From Chloroflexota bacterium (GTDB taxonomy: Bacteria; Chloroflexota; UBA11872; VXNJ01), in assembly GCA_965207915.1 (NCBI GenBank), contig OZ242304.1, positions 406,196 to 470,195 on the forward strand: a DNA stretch of 64,000 bases. The letters are read 5' to 3'. This document shows, piece by piece, positions 25,257-36,497 of this stretch (positions within the stretch are counted from its first letter, which is position 1; every line of letters starts with the position of its first letter). Under the pieces are notes generated by a model. The model saw only the letters and a program-made list of their open reading frames with translations, was not told where the DNA came from and did not search any database. A program made the translations under genes and the position numbers.

Positions 25257-25957
25257 CAGCCGTCGTCGCCGCCGGAATCGATGTCGGGTTCGCCCGCTTC
25301 GGGTTCGGGTTCGTCGGCGTCCGTTTCCTGGCGTCCGACTCTGACCAGCGCCGGCCGGACTACCCGATCGCCCAGCCGATAGCCCGGCTGGTGAACGACT
25401 ATCACGCGGTCTGGTTCGGTGCTGCCGTCGGTATCTACCGCTTGGTGGAAGTTGGGGTCGAACGCCTGCCCGACTCCGGCGACTGCCTCGATCCCATGCG
25501 AGGCCAGCAAGGCCTGGAAATGCTGCCGGGTAAAGAAAAGTCCCTCGATGAACGTGAACCCGGTCAGCTCGCCGGGGACCGCCGTGAGGGCGCGGTCCAG
25601 ATGGTCCAGAGCCGAAAGCAGCTCGCGGGCGAATTCGATAACCGCGAACTGCCGCGCGTCGGCAACTTCCTGACCAGAACGCCGCTTGAGGTTGGCCAGG
25701 TCGGCCTGCGCCCGGGTTAATCGGTTGAGCAGGTCGTCGATCCGCTCCGACTGATCTTGGTCGGTCCCCTCCGGGGGAGCTGCCGGCGGCGTCTCCGCCG
25801 GCGGTTCACCGCCTGTCGATTCGGTCGCCAATTTACATCCAGCTCCTAGCGCTGTTGAAGTTCCCGGGCCGCAGTTCCGGAGACGGTCGGTCGCTGCATT
25901 GCGATCCCGCCGACTATACAAATTTGATGCAGGCCCATCGGATCCGGCCGGATTCAC
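25256..25957 (-). CDS. grpE: nucleotide exchange factor GrpE (copy 1)
   Basis: 233 aa, ...LLNRLTRAQADLANLKRRSGQEVADARQFAVIEFARELLSALDHLDRAL GrpE core. Confidence 0.88.
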   Translation of the reverse strand: MNPAGSDGPASNLYSRRDRNAATDRLRNCGPGTSTALGAGCKLATESTGGEPPAETPPAAPPEGTDQDQSERIDDLLNRLTRAQADLANLKRRSGQEVADARQFAVIEFARELLSALDHLDRALTAVPGELTGFTFIEGLFFTRQHFQALLASHGIEAVAGVGQAFDPNFHQAVDTDGSTEPDRVIVVHQPGYRLGDRVVRPALVRVGRQETDADEPEPEAGEPDIDSGGDDG

Positions 25958-28146
25958 CCGATCAAGAATGCCGATCCTGAAGCGCCCAGCACGATCAGCC
26001 CGCCGCCGGTCAGTGCCAGTGAGCGCGGGGCGGCCAATATCGGGTCCAGCAGGGCCTCTTCGGTGCCTGAAGAATCAATCAGGGTCTGAATGCCCTGGGA
26101 GCTGATCCGGTCCAGGCGGCCGGCGGCCTCGCCGGCCACGTACACGGACCCGTTCTGCGCCGCAGCAAGCATCCCCGGGTCCGGCAACTCGGCGGCCAGG
26201 ACCGCGATCGCATCGGCGCCGGGCCGGATCGCCAGGATTCGGCCGCTGCCGTTCTCGGCGATCAACAGCGATCCGTCGGCGGTTACAGCCAGGCCGGCCG
26301 GATCGCTCAGGGGGGTCCCGCGCGGCGCGGCGCCCTCCGCCGCTTCCCCGGTCTGCCCATTCCCCGCCACGGGTTCGAGCAGACCGTCGGTGGTCAGGCG
26401 CATGACCCGGTCGGTGCCCGAATCGGCCAGGTAGATGCTGCCGTCGGCGGCCATCGCCATCGCCACCACGTCCAACAGGCTCACGTCCAGGGCGGCACCG
26501 CCGGAGCCGGGGTCGCCGGGCCGTCCGTTCCCGGCCACGGTTTCGATCACCCCGCAACCGTCGATTCGACGGATTCGGAAATTGCCGGCATCGAAGAAAA
26601 ACACATTTCCGACCCCGTCGGCCAGAACCGTTTTGGGGGCCGCGAGCAACGCGAACCGGGCCAGGCCGCCGTCGCCGCGAAATGCGGCCAGTCCCGAACC
26701 GGCGATCGTTTCGACCCTGCCGGAGGAGATCTTGCGCAGTCGGTTGTTGCCGGTATCGGCCACGAATATCTCGTTGCCGCCAACCGCGATCGAATCCGGG
26801 CCGGCAAACTGGGCCGCGGCGGCCGGCCCGTCGTCACCGGAGAAGCCGAATCCCGACCGCCCGAAAAGCTGGGTGGCTGCGAACTCGGATGCTGACAAGT
26901 CCTGAGGCAGGGCGCCGGGCCGCGGTTCGAGCCGGCAGCCGGTCTCCGAACCGGAATCGCCGAATCCGGCCAGCCGGAAGATCTTGCCGGAGAGCTGGGC
27001 CAACAGGTAAATCGACCCGTCCGGACCGAGTTGGAAATCAATCGGCCGCGGCAACACCGCTTCGCGTGCCGGCACTCCCGCCTGGGCGTTACCGGCGGTA
27101 CCCAGCCCGGCATAGGTAAATATCGTCCCGGCCGCGGATACGACGCGAATCGCCGCGTTATTCCAATCGGCCACGTAAAGATTGCCGGCCGCGTCGATAT
27201 CCAGACCGGCGGGCGCATCGAGCTGTGCCGCCGCGGCCGGCCCGCCGTCGCCACTACGCCCCGGAATCCCGGTGCCGGCGACTGTCGAAACGACCCCGTC
27301 CGGACCGATTCTGCGCACCACGTGCCCCTCGCTTTCGCTCAGGTACATGACCCCCTCGGACGAAATCGCCAGGTCGGCGGGGCCGTCGAACCGGGCGCGG
27401 TCGGCGGGTCCGCCGTCTCCGCCGGTCGCCGGCTCGCCGGTGCCGGCGAAGGTAGTCACCGCTCCGCTTGCATCAATCCGCCGGATGCGGTTGTTGCCTC
27501 GGTCGGCGACGTACAGAACTCCGCTCCCGTCCAGGGCGAGCCCGGAAATCGAGTTGAAGCGGGCCTGCCCGACGGCCTCGGGGTCGTCCGCCGAACCGGG
27601 ATCGCTGGAACCGGCCAGCAGGGAGATCGTTCCGTCGGGGGCGATGCGCCGGATCAGGGTGCTGGAGGCGATGTAAATGCCGAAGCGCGAATCGGCGACG
27701 ATCGGGCCGGGGTCCCGCAGTCCGGCCAGCAGGGCCGGTCCGCCGTCTCCCGAATCGGACCTGGTTCCGTTGCCGGCGATTCGTTCGATTCGACCGTCGA
27801 CCGTGATCTGGATGACCTGGTTGTTGGACCGATCGGTCACGAATACGTTGCCCGCCCGGTCAACTGCCAGCCCGGCCAGGGCCGGCGGAACCCCCACTCC
27901 GGCCTCATCCCGAAAAGCAGGTGCGAATTCGGCCACCTGCTCAAAAACCGGGTTGATCGGCGCCGGGGCGTAGCCCGCCCGCGCGGCCGGTACGGCGCCG
28001 GGATTCCAGACTATTTCAAGTTCAGCTGAAGGGTCGGCCGGGCTCGGCGCCGGGGCAAGCGCGGGTCGTTGTTCGCACCCGGCCGCCAGGGCACCCGCGA
28101 GCAAGAGCGCGACGGCACCCAGCGCCGTTCGCACCGCCCGGTTCAA
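25954..28146 (-). CDS. NHL-repeat lipoprotein (730 aa, many six-bladed beta-propeller repeats)
   Basis: Signal peptide with lipobox LAAGC; >12 repeats of the G.xYVADxxNNRIRRI NHL motif; 4-bp overlap with grpE. Confidence 0.8.
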   Translation of the reverse strand: MNRAVRTALGAVALLLAGALAAGCEQRPALAPAPSPADPSAELEIVWNPGAVPAARAGYAPAPINPVFEQVAEFAPAFRDEAGVGVPPALAGLAVDRAGNVFVTDRSNNQVIQITVDGRIERIAGNGTRSDSGDGGPALLAGLRDPGPIVADSRFGIYIASSTLIRRIAPDGTISLLAGSSDPGSADDPEAVGQARFNSISGLALDGSGVLYVADRGNNRIRRIDASGAVTTFAGTGEPATGGDGGPADRARFDGPADLAISSEGVMYLSESEGHVVRRIGPDGVVSTVAGTGIPGRSGDGGPAAAAQLDAPAGLDIDAAGNLYVADWNNAAIRVVSAAGTIFTYAGLGTAGNAQAGVPAREAVLPRPIDFQLGPDGSIYLLAQLSGKIFRLAGFGDSGSETGCRLEPRPGALPQDLSASEFAATQLFGRSGFGFSGDDGPAAAAQFAGPDSIAVGGNEIFVADTGNNRLRKISSGRVETIAGSGLAAFRGDGGLARFALLAAPKTVLADGVGNVFFFDAGNFRIRRIDGCGVIETVAGNGRPGDPGSGGAALDVSLLDVVAMAMAADGSIYLADSGTDRVMRLTTDGLLEPVAGNGQTGEAAEGAAPRGTPLSDPAGLAVTADGSLLIAENGSGRILAIRPGADAIAVLAAELPDPGMLAAAQNGSVYVAGEAAGRLDRISSQGIQTLIDSSGTEEALLDPILAAPRSLALTGGGLIVLGASGSAFLIG

Positions 28147-28526
28147 TCCCCGTCGGAGTCGGCGTCGGTCGGATCGAGCATTTCTTCTTCGGCGACCAGA
28201 CGCCCGCCCTCCACTTTCGAATCAACCATCCGACGGCGCGAGTCAAACTGCAGCCAGACTTGGGCGGGGCGGAACGTTTGCTCGCCCATGACCTGCTTGG
28301 TGCAGGTGTAGTGAGTCGGGCTGTCGTGACTCGACCCCGGCGCAAATTCCTGCGTCAAATCGTTGTTCAGATCAACCCGCAGAGTAACGATTTCCTGAGT
28401 GCGGTCCATCTCTACGTATATGTAGAGGGCATCGTCGCGCGGTTGATTTCCGAAGAATCCCAAACCGGTTCCATCCTTGGCCGGGCCGTCGCGGCCGGCA
28501 TCGGAACGGCAATTGCCGCCTAACAT
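28143..28526 (-). CDS. hypothetical acidic small protein (start uncertain; possibly from MDRTQ at ~28409)
   Basis: 127-aa ORF overlapping the NHL gene by 4 bp; no recognisable domain. Confidence 0.4.
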   Translation of the reverse strand: MLGGNCRSDAGRDGPAKDGTGLGFFGNQPRDDALYIYVEMDRTQEIVTLRVDLNNDLTQEFAPGSSHDSPTHYTCTKQVMGEQTFRPAQVWLQFDSRRRMVDSKVEGGRLVAEEEMLDPTDADSDGD

Positions 28527-28555
28527 TAATTTTTATTAAACGCGACATCCGTACC
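28527..28555. promoter_or_regulatory. AT-rich perfect palindrome TTAATTTTTATTAA in the divergent 29-bp gap between the small ORF and miaB
   Basis: cattaatttttattaaacg stands out in a ~68% GC genome; operator-like. Confidence 0.35.
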
Positions 28556-29923
28556 ATGGCCACCGTCCACGCAGGCCGGCCGCCGGCCCCCCCGACGCCC
28601 GGCGTCGGCCGGCACCGCTTCTACATCTGGACCTCCGGCTGCCAGATGAACAAAGACGATTCCGAGCGGATCGCGCGCGCCTTGGTCGCCGCCGGGCACG
28701 TGCCCGTTTCTCATCCCGACCGGGCATCGTTTGTGATCCTCAATGGCTGCAGCGTGCGCGACAACTCCGACCGCAAGACCTTCGGACGGATCGGCGCGCT
28801 GGGCGCGCGCAAACGGCGCGAACCGTTCTTGCAGGTGGCGCTGACCGGTTGCACGGTCCGGGCCACGGCGGCGGAGCTGGCGCCCCACCGTCCGAAATTG
28901 GACCTGATCTTCGACAACTCGCGCGTCGAGGAACTCCTGGACCACATGGCCAGCCAGCCGGGACCGGTGGTGGACGACTGGGAGGACTTCTCGCCCCAGG
29001 ACCTGCCCGGGTTCGGCAGCCCCACCCGCTACGTGACCGTCATCTACGGGTGCTCCAAGCGCTGCACGTTCTGCATAGTGCCGTTCCGGCGCGGGGGTGA
29101 GCGCAGCCGCCCCCCGGAAGAAATCGAAGACGAAATGCGGACCAAGGCCGCCGAGGGCGCTGTCGAAATAACGCTGCTGGGGCAGATCGTTAACCGGTAC
29201 GGCCGCGACCGCGCCGACGGCCCGGACCTGGCCGGTCTGCTGCGGCGCCTGGACCGGCAGGCCATCGTGCCCAGGCTCAGGTTCCTGACCGCCCATCCGC
29301 GCCACTTCGACCGCTCCCTGGCCGAGGCGATGGCCGAGTGTCAAACGGTCCTGGAGGAGATCAACTTGCCGGTGCAATCGGGCAACGACGAAGTGCTGCG
29401 CCGCATGGGCCGCGGCTACAACCGAGCCTGGTACCTGGACATGATCGCGATGCTGCGTGACACCGTGCCCGGCGTGGCGATCTCGACCGACGTGATCGTC
29501 GGCTTTCCGGGCGAGACCGAGGACCAGTTCCGATCGACCCTGGAGCTAATGGAAGAGGTCCGATTCGACGTGGTCCACATAGCCGCGTTTTCGCCCCGGA
29601 TCGGAACCGTCGCGGACCGCTGGGGCGACGACATCGATCCGGCGGTGAAGCTGGAGCGGCTGCACCGCTGCGAGAGCTTGCAGAAAGACCTGGCCGAATC
29701 GATCAATGCCGATCTGGTGGGAAGCAGGCAGCAGGTTTTGATCGAGCAATTGCAGCCCGCCCGGGCGGCCGGTGGCGGACCCCGCTGGATGGGTCGTACG
29801 CGAACCAACAAACTGGTCTTTGCGCCGGGCAAAGCCCCGCTGGCGCCGAGCCAGATCGTGGACATGGATATCACTGACGCAACCGCCTGGTCGCTGCGGG
29901 GGGCACCGGTCACCGCCGTCTAA
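28556..29923 (+). CDS. miaB: tRNA-2-methylthio-N6-dimethylallyladenosine synthase (MiaB, with TRAM domain)
   Basis: 455 aa; FYIWTSGCQMN, CSKRCTFCIVP radical SAM, C-terminal TRAM. Confidence 0.88.
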   Translation: MATVHAGRPPAPPTPGVGRHRFYIWTSGCQMNKDDSERIARALVAAGHVPVSHPDRASFVILNGCSVRDNSDRKTFGRIGALGARKRREPFLQVALTGCTVRATAAELAPHRPKLDLIFDNSRVEELLDHMASQPGPVVDDWEDFSPQDLPGFGSPTRYVTVIYGCSKRCTFCIVPFRRGGERSRPPEEIEDEMRTKAAEGAVEITLLGQIVNRYGRDRADGPDLAGLLRRLDRQAIVPRLRFLTAHPRHFDRSLAEAMAECQTVLEEINLPVQSGNDEVLRRMGRGYNRAWYLDMIAMLRDTVPGVAISTDVIVGFPGETEDQFRSTLELMEEVRFDVVHIAAFSPRIGTVADRWGDDIDPAVKLERLHRCESLQKDLAESINADLVGSRQQVLIEQLQPARAAGGGPRWMGRTRTNKLVFAPGKAPLAPSQIVDMDITDATAWSLRGAPVTAV

Positions 29924-29928
29924 CGCCG

Positions 29929-31743
29929 ATGGCAGGGTCCAGACTCGGCCGTCGCCGCGCGCTGCTGGCGGGCGGCGCGATTGTCCTGGCGGCCTGTGGG
30001 CCCGATCCGGCCGCGGCCCCGCCGCTGCAGCTGGTGCGACCTTACTGGCGGCCGGCGCTGCAGGGCGCCGCCGACGCCATCGAGGTGACCCGGCAAATGG
30101 AATCCAACACCCAGTCATTCGCAGCGGGGTTGATTTCACTGCGCCAGTACGCGCTGGCGCTGGGCCGGTACGGACCCGAAATCGGCGACATCGGCCGCTC
30201 CCTGGCACAGCTTGAACCACCGGGCGACGCGCGCGACGCGCACCAGAGCCTGCTCGAATCGGCCGATGCCCTGACCCTTGCCGCCGCCAACATGAACGAC
30301 TATCTGCGGGATGAGGATCTTCGCCAGGTGGTCGTGGCGGTCGACGGCCTCAAACGGGCTCGCGCCGCGCTGGGCAGTTTCGTCGCGGCCATCGACGATC
30401 CCGGCTCCCGGGCCGCAATGGAACAGCAGCTGCATGTGCTCGGCGAGATCGAGTTCAGGCCCAACACGGTCAACCGGTTCGCCGTGCTGGTCGGGGAGTT
30501 CGGATCGGCGGTGGAGGCCGGCGCGCGGCTGGGGCGCTACGACCCGGATGCCGAACTTTCCTCGCGATACCGGGGCTGGGCCGAGGTCGGGCGCTTCGCC
30601 GGCGCCGCGGAGGCGTTGCAATCGGCGGCGGTGTGGGACGGGCGCGGGTTCAAAGTACGGGTAGAGCCAACGCCCGATATCCGCATCGACGTATCAATCG
30701 CCAGCCCGGCCCTTTCGCACCGCGACTGGCGGGAATTGATCTGGTTCCATGACCTGGAGTTCGATCCGATCGCAGTCGCGGTCGCGGGCGACGCTACGGC
30801 GGTGGCGACGATCTCGCGAACCGGCCAGGTCGCATCCGTCGGAAACGGCGGGGCGCGGCTCTGGGATCGGGATCTGAACTTCCCGGCCGACGGGGTTGCG
30901 GTCAATCGCGACGGCTCGCTTACGGCCGGTTTCGGGTTCTTCGTGGCGCCACTCGACCGTCAGGGCGAACCGGTGTGGCCGCACGTGAAAGATCAATCCG
31001 ACAATCAGTTGATCGAGCAGATTGAATTTGCGGCCGACAGCCTGCTGATGGCCCGCTCGGCCAACAATCGCGGCGAGGGCGGGGCGTTCATTCACCGCGC
31101 CGATGGCCGCAAATGGCGCCTGGACGCCGGTCCCCACAGCAGCGGAATCGGTTCCGCACGACTCAGTTTGGACGGCAGTCTGCTGGCGATTGCCACGGGC
31201 GGCGAGTCCCCGGTCCCGGCGGTGTCTTTCTACGACCTGCGCGACGAGGTCACGTTCCTGCGTAACAGCTTCACCACCGACGTCCCGATAAGCGGTCTGG
31301 CCCTGAGCGGCGACGGCAGCCGGATCGTGTTGGCGACCGCGCTTGCCCTTGAAATCCGGGCCACCGATGACGGTCGCCTGCTGCACCGGGTGCCGATGGA
31401 AATAATCAACATAGAACCCGATCCGCTCGGCCGGGTCGTGTACGTGACGACCCCAGCCGCTCTGAGCGCGATCGGCATGGACGGGCAGACGATCTGGCAG
31501 AACCTGGATCTTGCCCCGCGCCGGATCGCGGCTTCGAACAATTACCTCGCAACGGTCACCGAGGCTTCCACCATCAGCGTCCTGACCGCCACCGGCGAGC
31601 ATCTCGGCGACGCGACGACGCTGGCACCGGTACGGGCAATCGCCCTGGCCGCGGATGTGGATATCCTTATCGCGGCCAGCGCCGAACAACGCCTGCAAGC
31701 CTGGCAGCTGCCGGGAGCGGCGCTGGTGCCCCGCATCGGGTGA
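29929..31743 (+). CDS. Tat/lipoprotein-signal secreted protein with C-terminal beta-propeller-like domain (hypothetical)
   Basis: 604 aa; RRRALLAGGAIVLAAC signal with lipobox; C-terminal half shows repeats typical of beta-propellers. Confidence 0.6.
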   Translation: MAGSRLGRRRALLAGGAIVLAACGPDPAAAPPLQLVRPYWRPALQGAADAIEVTRQMESNTQSFAAGLISLRQYALALGRYGPEIGDIGRSLAQLEPPGDARDAHQSLLESADALTLAAANMNDYLRDEDLRQVVVAVDGLKRARAALGSFVAAIDDPGSRAAMEQQLHVLGEIEFRPNTVNRFAVLVGEFGSAVEAGARLGRYDPDAELSSRYRGWAEVGRFAGAAEALQSAAVWDGRGFKVRVEPTPDIRIDVSIASPALSHRDWRELIWFHDLEFDPIAVAVAGDATAVATISRTGQVASVGNGGARLWDRDLNFPADGVAVNRDGSLTAGFGFFVAPLDRQGEPVWPHVKDQSDNQLIEQIEFAADSLLMARSANNRGEGGAFIHRADGRKWRLDAGPHSSGIGSARLSLDGSLLAIATGGESPVPAVSFYDLRDEVTFLRNSFTTDVPISGLALSGDGSRIVLATALALEIRATDDGRLLHRVPMEIINIEPDPLGRVVYVTTPAALSAIGMDGQTIWQNLDLAPRRIAASNNYLATVTEASTISVLTATGEHLGDATTLAPVRAIALAADVDILIAASAEQRLQAWQLPGAALVPRIG

Positions 31744-31825
31744 CGCCAAAAGCACGCAGGGTTCGAGTCCCAATCGATCTCCCGGCCGCGGGCCGCGCCG
31801 TGGCGCACACGAGGAAAACCAAGTC

Positions 31826-33013
31826 ATGAACATCGCCCCGCTGAAACCATCCGACGAATCGGCAGCGCTAGCGCTGATGAGCGCCTGCTTTGCCGAAGAG
31901 CCGATCGAATACTTCCGCAGCTACCACCGCCTGCTGCCGTCCGGCCGACCGGACGTGCAGCTGGCCGCCAAGGTCGACGATCGCCTTGTCGGCTACATCG
32001 AATGCCAGTGGGTGGAGCACTACTTCGGCGACCGGACGTTGCCGGTGGCCAACATCGGTGCGCTTTGCACGCACCCGGAATTCCGCCGGCGCGGCATCGC
32101 CCGCGGTCTGCTAAAGGCGGCCTTGCAGCGGGTCGACGCCGACCGGCATCCGCTCACCGGGCTGCACGCCGCCATACCGGAGCCGTACCGCGAGCACGGT
32201 TTCTGGCCGGTTCCGCACACCGAATTCGTGGCCGAGGTTCCAGACTCCCCGCCGGTCCCGGACCGCGGAACGCTTTTTGAGCCGGTGGCCGATGACGATT
32301 TGGATGAACTTTTCGACCTTTACCGGCACGAGAACCGCCAACTGCTGGGTCCCCTGGTCCGCACGCGCCGCTATTTCAACGGTCAGCACGAATGGATGTC
32401 GGTATTGCCCCGCGAAGTTGCCTGGGAGACCATGCGGCAGATCGGTCGGTCGGTCGGATATCTGCGATACCGGCGCGAATCCGGATCCCTGAAGGTGCTC
32501 GAGGTCGTGGCCAGCGGCCGCGATCGCGGCCGCGCCGTCGCGGCTCGCCTGCTGCAGCAGGCCCACGCCGACGGATTGGGTCAGGTCAGGGGCCGGGTTT
32601 CCCCGAGGGCACCGTTCGTGCGCGGGATCGAACAGCTGACCGCGGTGGAGATCCGGCGCGGTGAAGGGCTGATGTTTCGGATCAACAACCTGGACGGCCT
32701 GCTGGCCGCGGTCGGCCCGCACCTATCCCTGCGACGCCGCACAGTCGCGGTCACCTCGCCGCCCGTTAATTTGAATGTCGCCGGCCAGGTGCGCTCGCTC
32801 AGCTTCCCTTCGGCCCAGGCGGTCTTCGGACCGGCAGTCGAAGACGCACCGGTGGTGGACCTTTCGGAAGGCGAGTTCCTGGCGCTCGTATTCGGCTGCC
32901 CGGGCAGCGCCGCGGCGCTGCAAAAAGGTGATTTGCGAGTTGACTCGCGCGCGCAGCTGGAGGCCGTTTTCCCTGAGGACGGCTGGGTCCTCTGGGAGGC
33001 CGATCACTACTGA
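31826..33013 (+). CDS. GNAT N-acetyltransferase, Eis-like (GNAT plus C-terminal SCP2-like region)
   Basis: Start moved to MNIAPLKPSDES (RBS gagga upstream); ANIGALCTHPEFRRRGIARGLL acetyl-CoA-binding motif; ~395 aa like Eis-family proteins. Confidence 0.65.
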   Translation: MNIAPLKPSDESAALALMSACFAEEPIEYFRSYHRLLPSGRPDVQLAAKVDDRLVGYIECQWVEHYFGDRTLPVANIGALCTHPEFRRRGIARGLLKAALQRVDADRHPLTGLHAAIPEPYREHGFWPVPHTEFVAEVPDSPPVPDRGTLFEPVADDDLDELFDLYRHENRQLLGPLVRTRRYFNGQHEWMSVLPREVAWETMRQIGRSVGYLRYRRESGSLKVLEVVASGRDRGRAVAARLLQQAHADGLGQVRGRVSPRAPFVRGIEQLTAVEIRRGEGLMFRINNLDGLLAAVGPHLSLRRRTVAVTSPPVNLNVAGQVRSLSFPSAQAVFGPAVEDAPVVDLSEGEFLALVFGCPGSAAALQKGDLRVDSRAQLEAVFPEDGWVLWEADHY

Positions 33014-33083
33014 CGGCAAGCGGGCAGCGGCATAGAATTTTGGCCAGCGAGCGAACCCGCACCCGGAATTCAAGGTTGGAATT

Positions 33084-33536
33084 ATGTCTTTAAACGTCGG
33101 TGACCTGGCCCCCGATTTCGAACTCCTCAACGGCGCCGGCGATACGGTGCGGCTGTCCGACTTCAAGGGCCAGAAGGTGATAGTGGTCTTCTATCCGCTC
33201 GCTTTTTCGGGGATCTGCCAGAACGAATTGACCGATTACAACGCCAAGGCCGACCGCATCAAGGCCGCCGGGGCCAGGGTTCTGGGCGTATCGGTCGACA
33301 GCTTCTTCGCCGTCGGGGCGTTCGCCGACGCGATCGGACTCGACGATTCAATTACGCTGCTCTCGGACTTCCCTGACCACGCCGCCGGCGAAGCCTACGG
33401 GGCCTACAACAGCGAGACCGGTTTCAATGAACGCGTGACGGTGGTAATCGACGAGGATGGCCGGATCGTCTACAAGGTCCACAATCCGGCCCCCGACCGC
33501 CGCGACGAGGAAGAGGCGCTGGCCGCCCTCGGCTAG
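33084..33536 (+). CDS. peroxiredoxin, AhpE-like 1-Cys type (AhpC/TSA family)
   Basis: 150 aa, FKGQKVIVVFYPLAFSGICQNEL with peroxidatic Cys. Confidence 0.85.
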   Translation: MSLNVGDLAPDFELLNGAGDTVRLSDFKGQKVIVVFYPLAFSGICQNELTDYNAKADRIKAAGARVLGVSVDSFFAVGAFADAIGLDDSITLLSDFPDHAAGEAYGAYNSETGFNERVTVVIDEDGRIVYKVHNPAPDRRDEEEALAALG

Positions 33537-33562
33537 ATTTTTCCGGTTTGGCGGCGGCCCGG

Positions 33563-36037
<2,475 letters not shown>

Positions 36038-36095
36038 TTGTCTATTCCCGTTTACTCAATGGACTTTCTGAATCACCCGCGGCTAATTGGCCCGG

Positions 36096-36497
36096 TCACT
36101 GCGTGGCGCGCCGCAGGATCCGCTTGAGGCGCGCTATCTCGTTGTGAAGCTGGTTGACCTCGCGCCGATGGGCAAGGGCCTGCTCATCGAGTTCGATCCG
36201 ATGCCGGCGGCGCATCTCCTCGACGCGGTCGTGCAGCTCGAGGATGATTTCGACCCCCGACAGGTTGGCCCCCTCGTCCTGAGTCAATTCACGTATCCGC
36301 CGCACGCGCTGCACGTCGCGCATCGAATACATTCGCACCGATCCGTCGGACCGAATGGGATTCACCAGCCCGACGCGCTCGTAGTGGCGCAGGGTCTGCG
36401 GATGGGTGCCGGTCATCTTGGCGACCACCCCGATGAAGAACCCTTTCACGTCGTTGTCGTCGCGCGGCCCGCGCCGGCCGCGCCGGTCATCTGCCAT
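36096..36497 (-). CDS. hspR: heat-shock transcriptional repressor HspR (MerR family)
   Basis: 133 aa MerR HTH (GVVAKMTGTHPQTLRHYERVGLV) immediately downstream of dnaK-grpE-dnaJ. Confidence 0.85.
   Translation of the reverse strand: MADDRRGRRGPRDDNDVKGFFIGVVAKMTGTHPQTLRHYERVGLVNPIRSDGSVRMYSMRDVQRVRRIRELTQDEGANLSGVEIILELHDRVEEMRRRHRIELDEQALAHRREVNQLHNEIARLKRILRRATQ

Noticed and set aside
31655-31825. N-terminal 57 codons of the track's GNAT ORF overlapping the lipoprotein gene
   Set aside because: Pro/Arg/Gly-rich low-complexity read-through. A Shine-Dalgarno-preceded ATG at 31826 gives a canonical GNAT N-terminus.
36038-36095. Looked for an HspR HAIR operator (CTTGAGT-N7-ACTCAAG) between hspR and the Clp ATPase gene
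   Set aside because: Only a single TTGAGT half-site with no inverted partner. The Clp gene is more likely read through from hspR.
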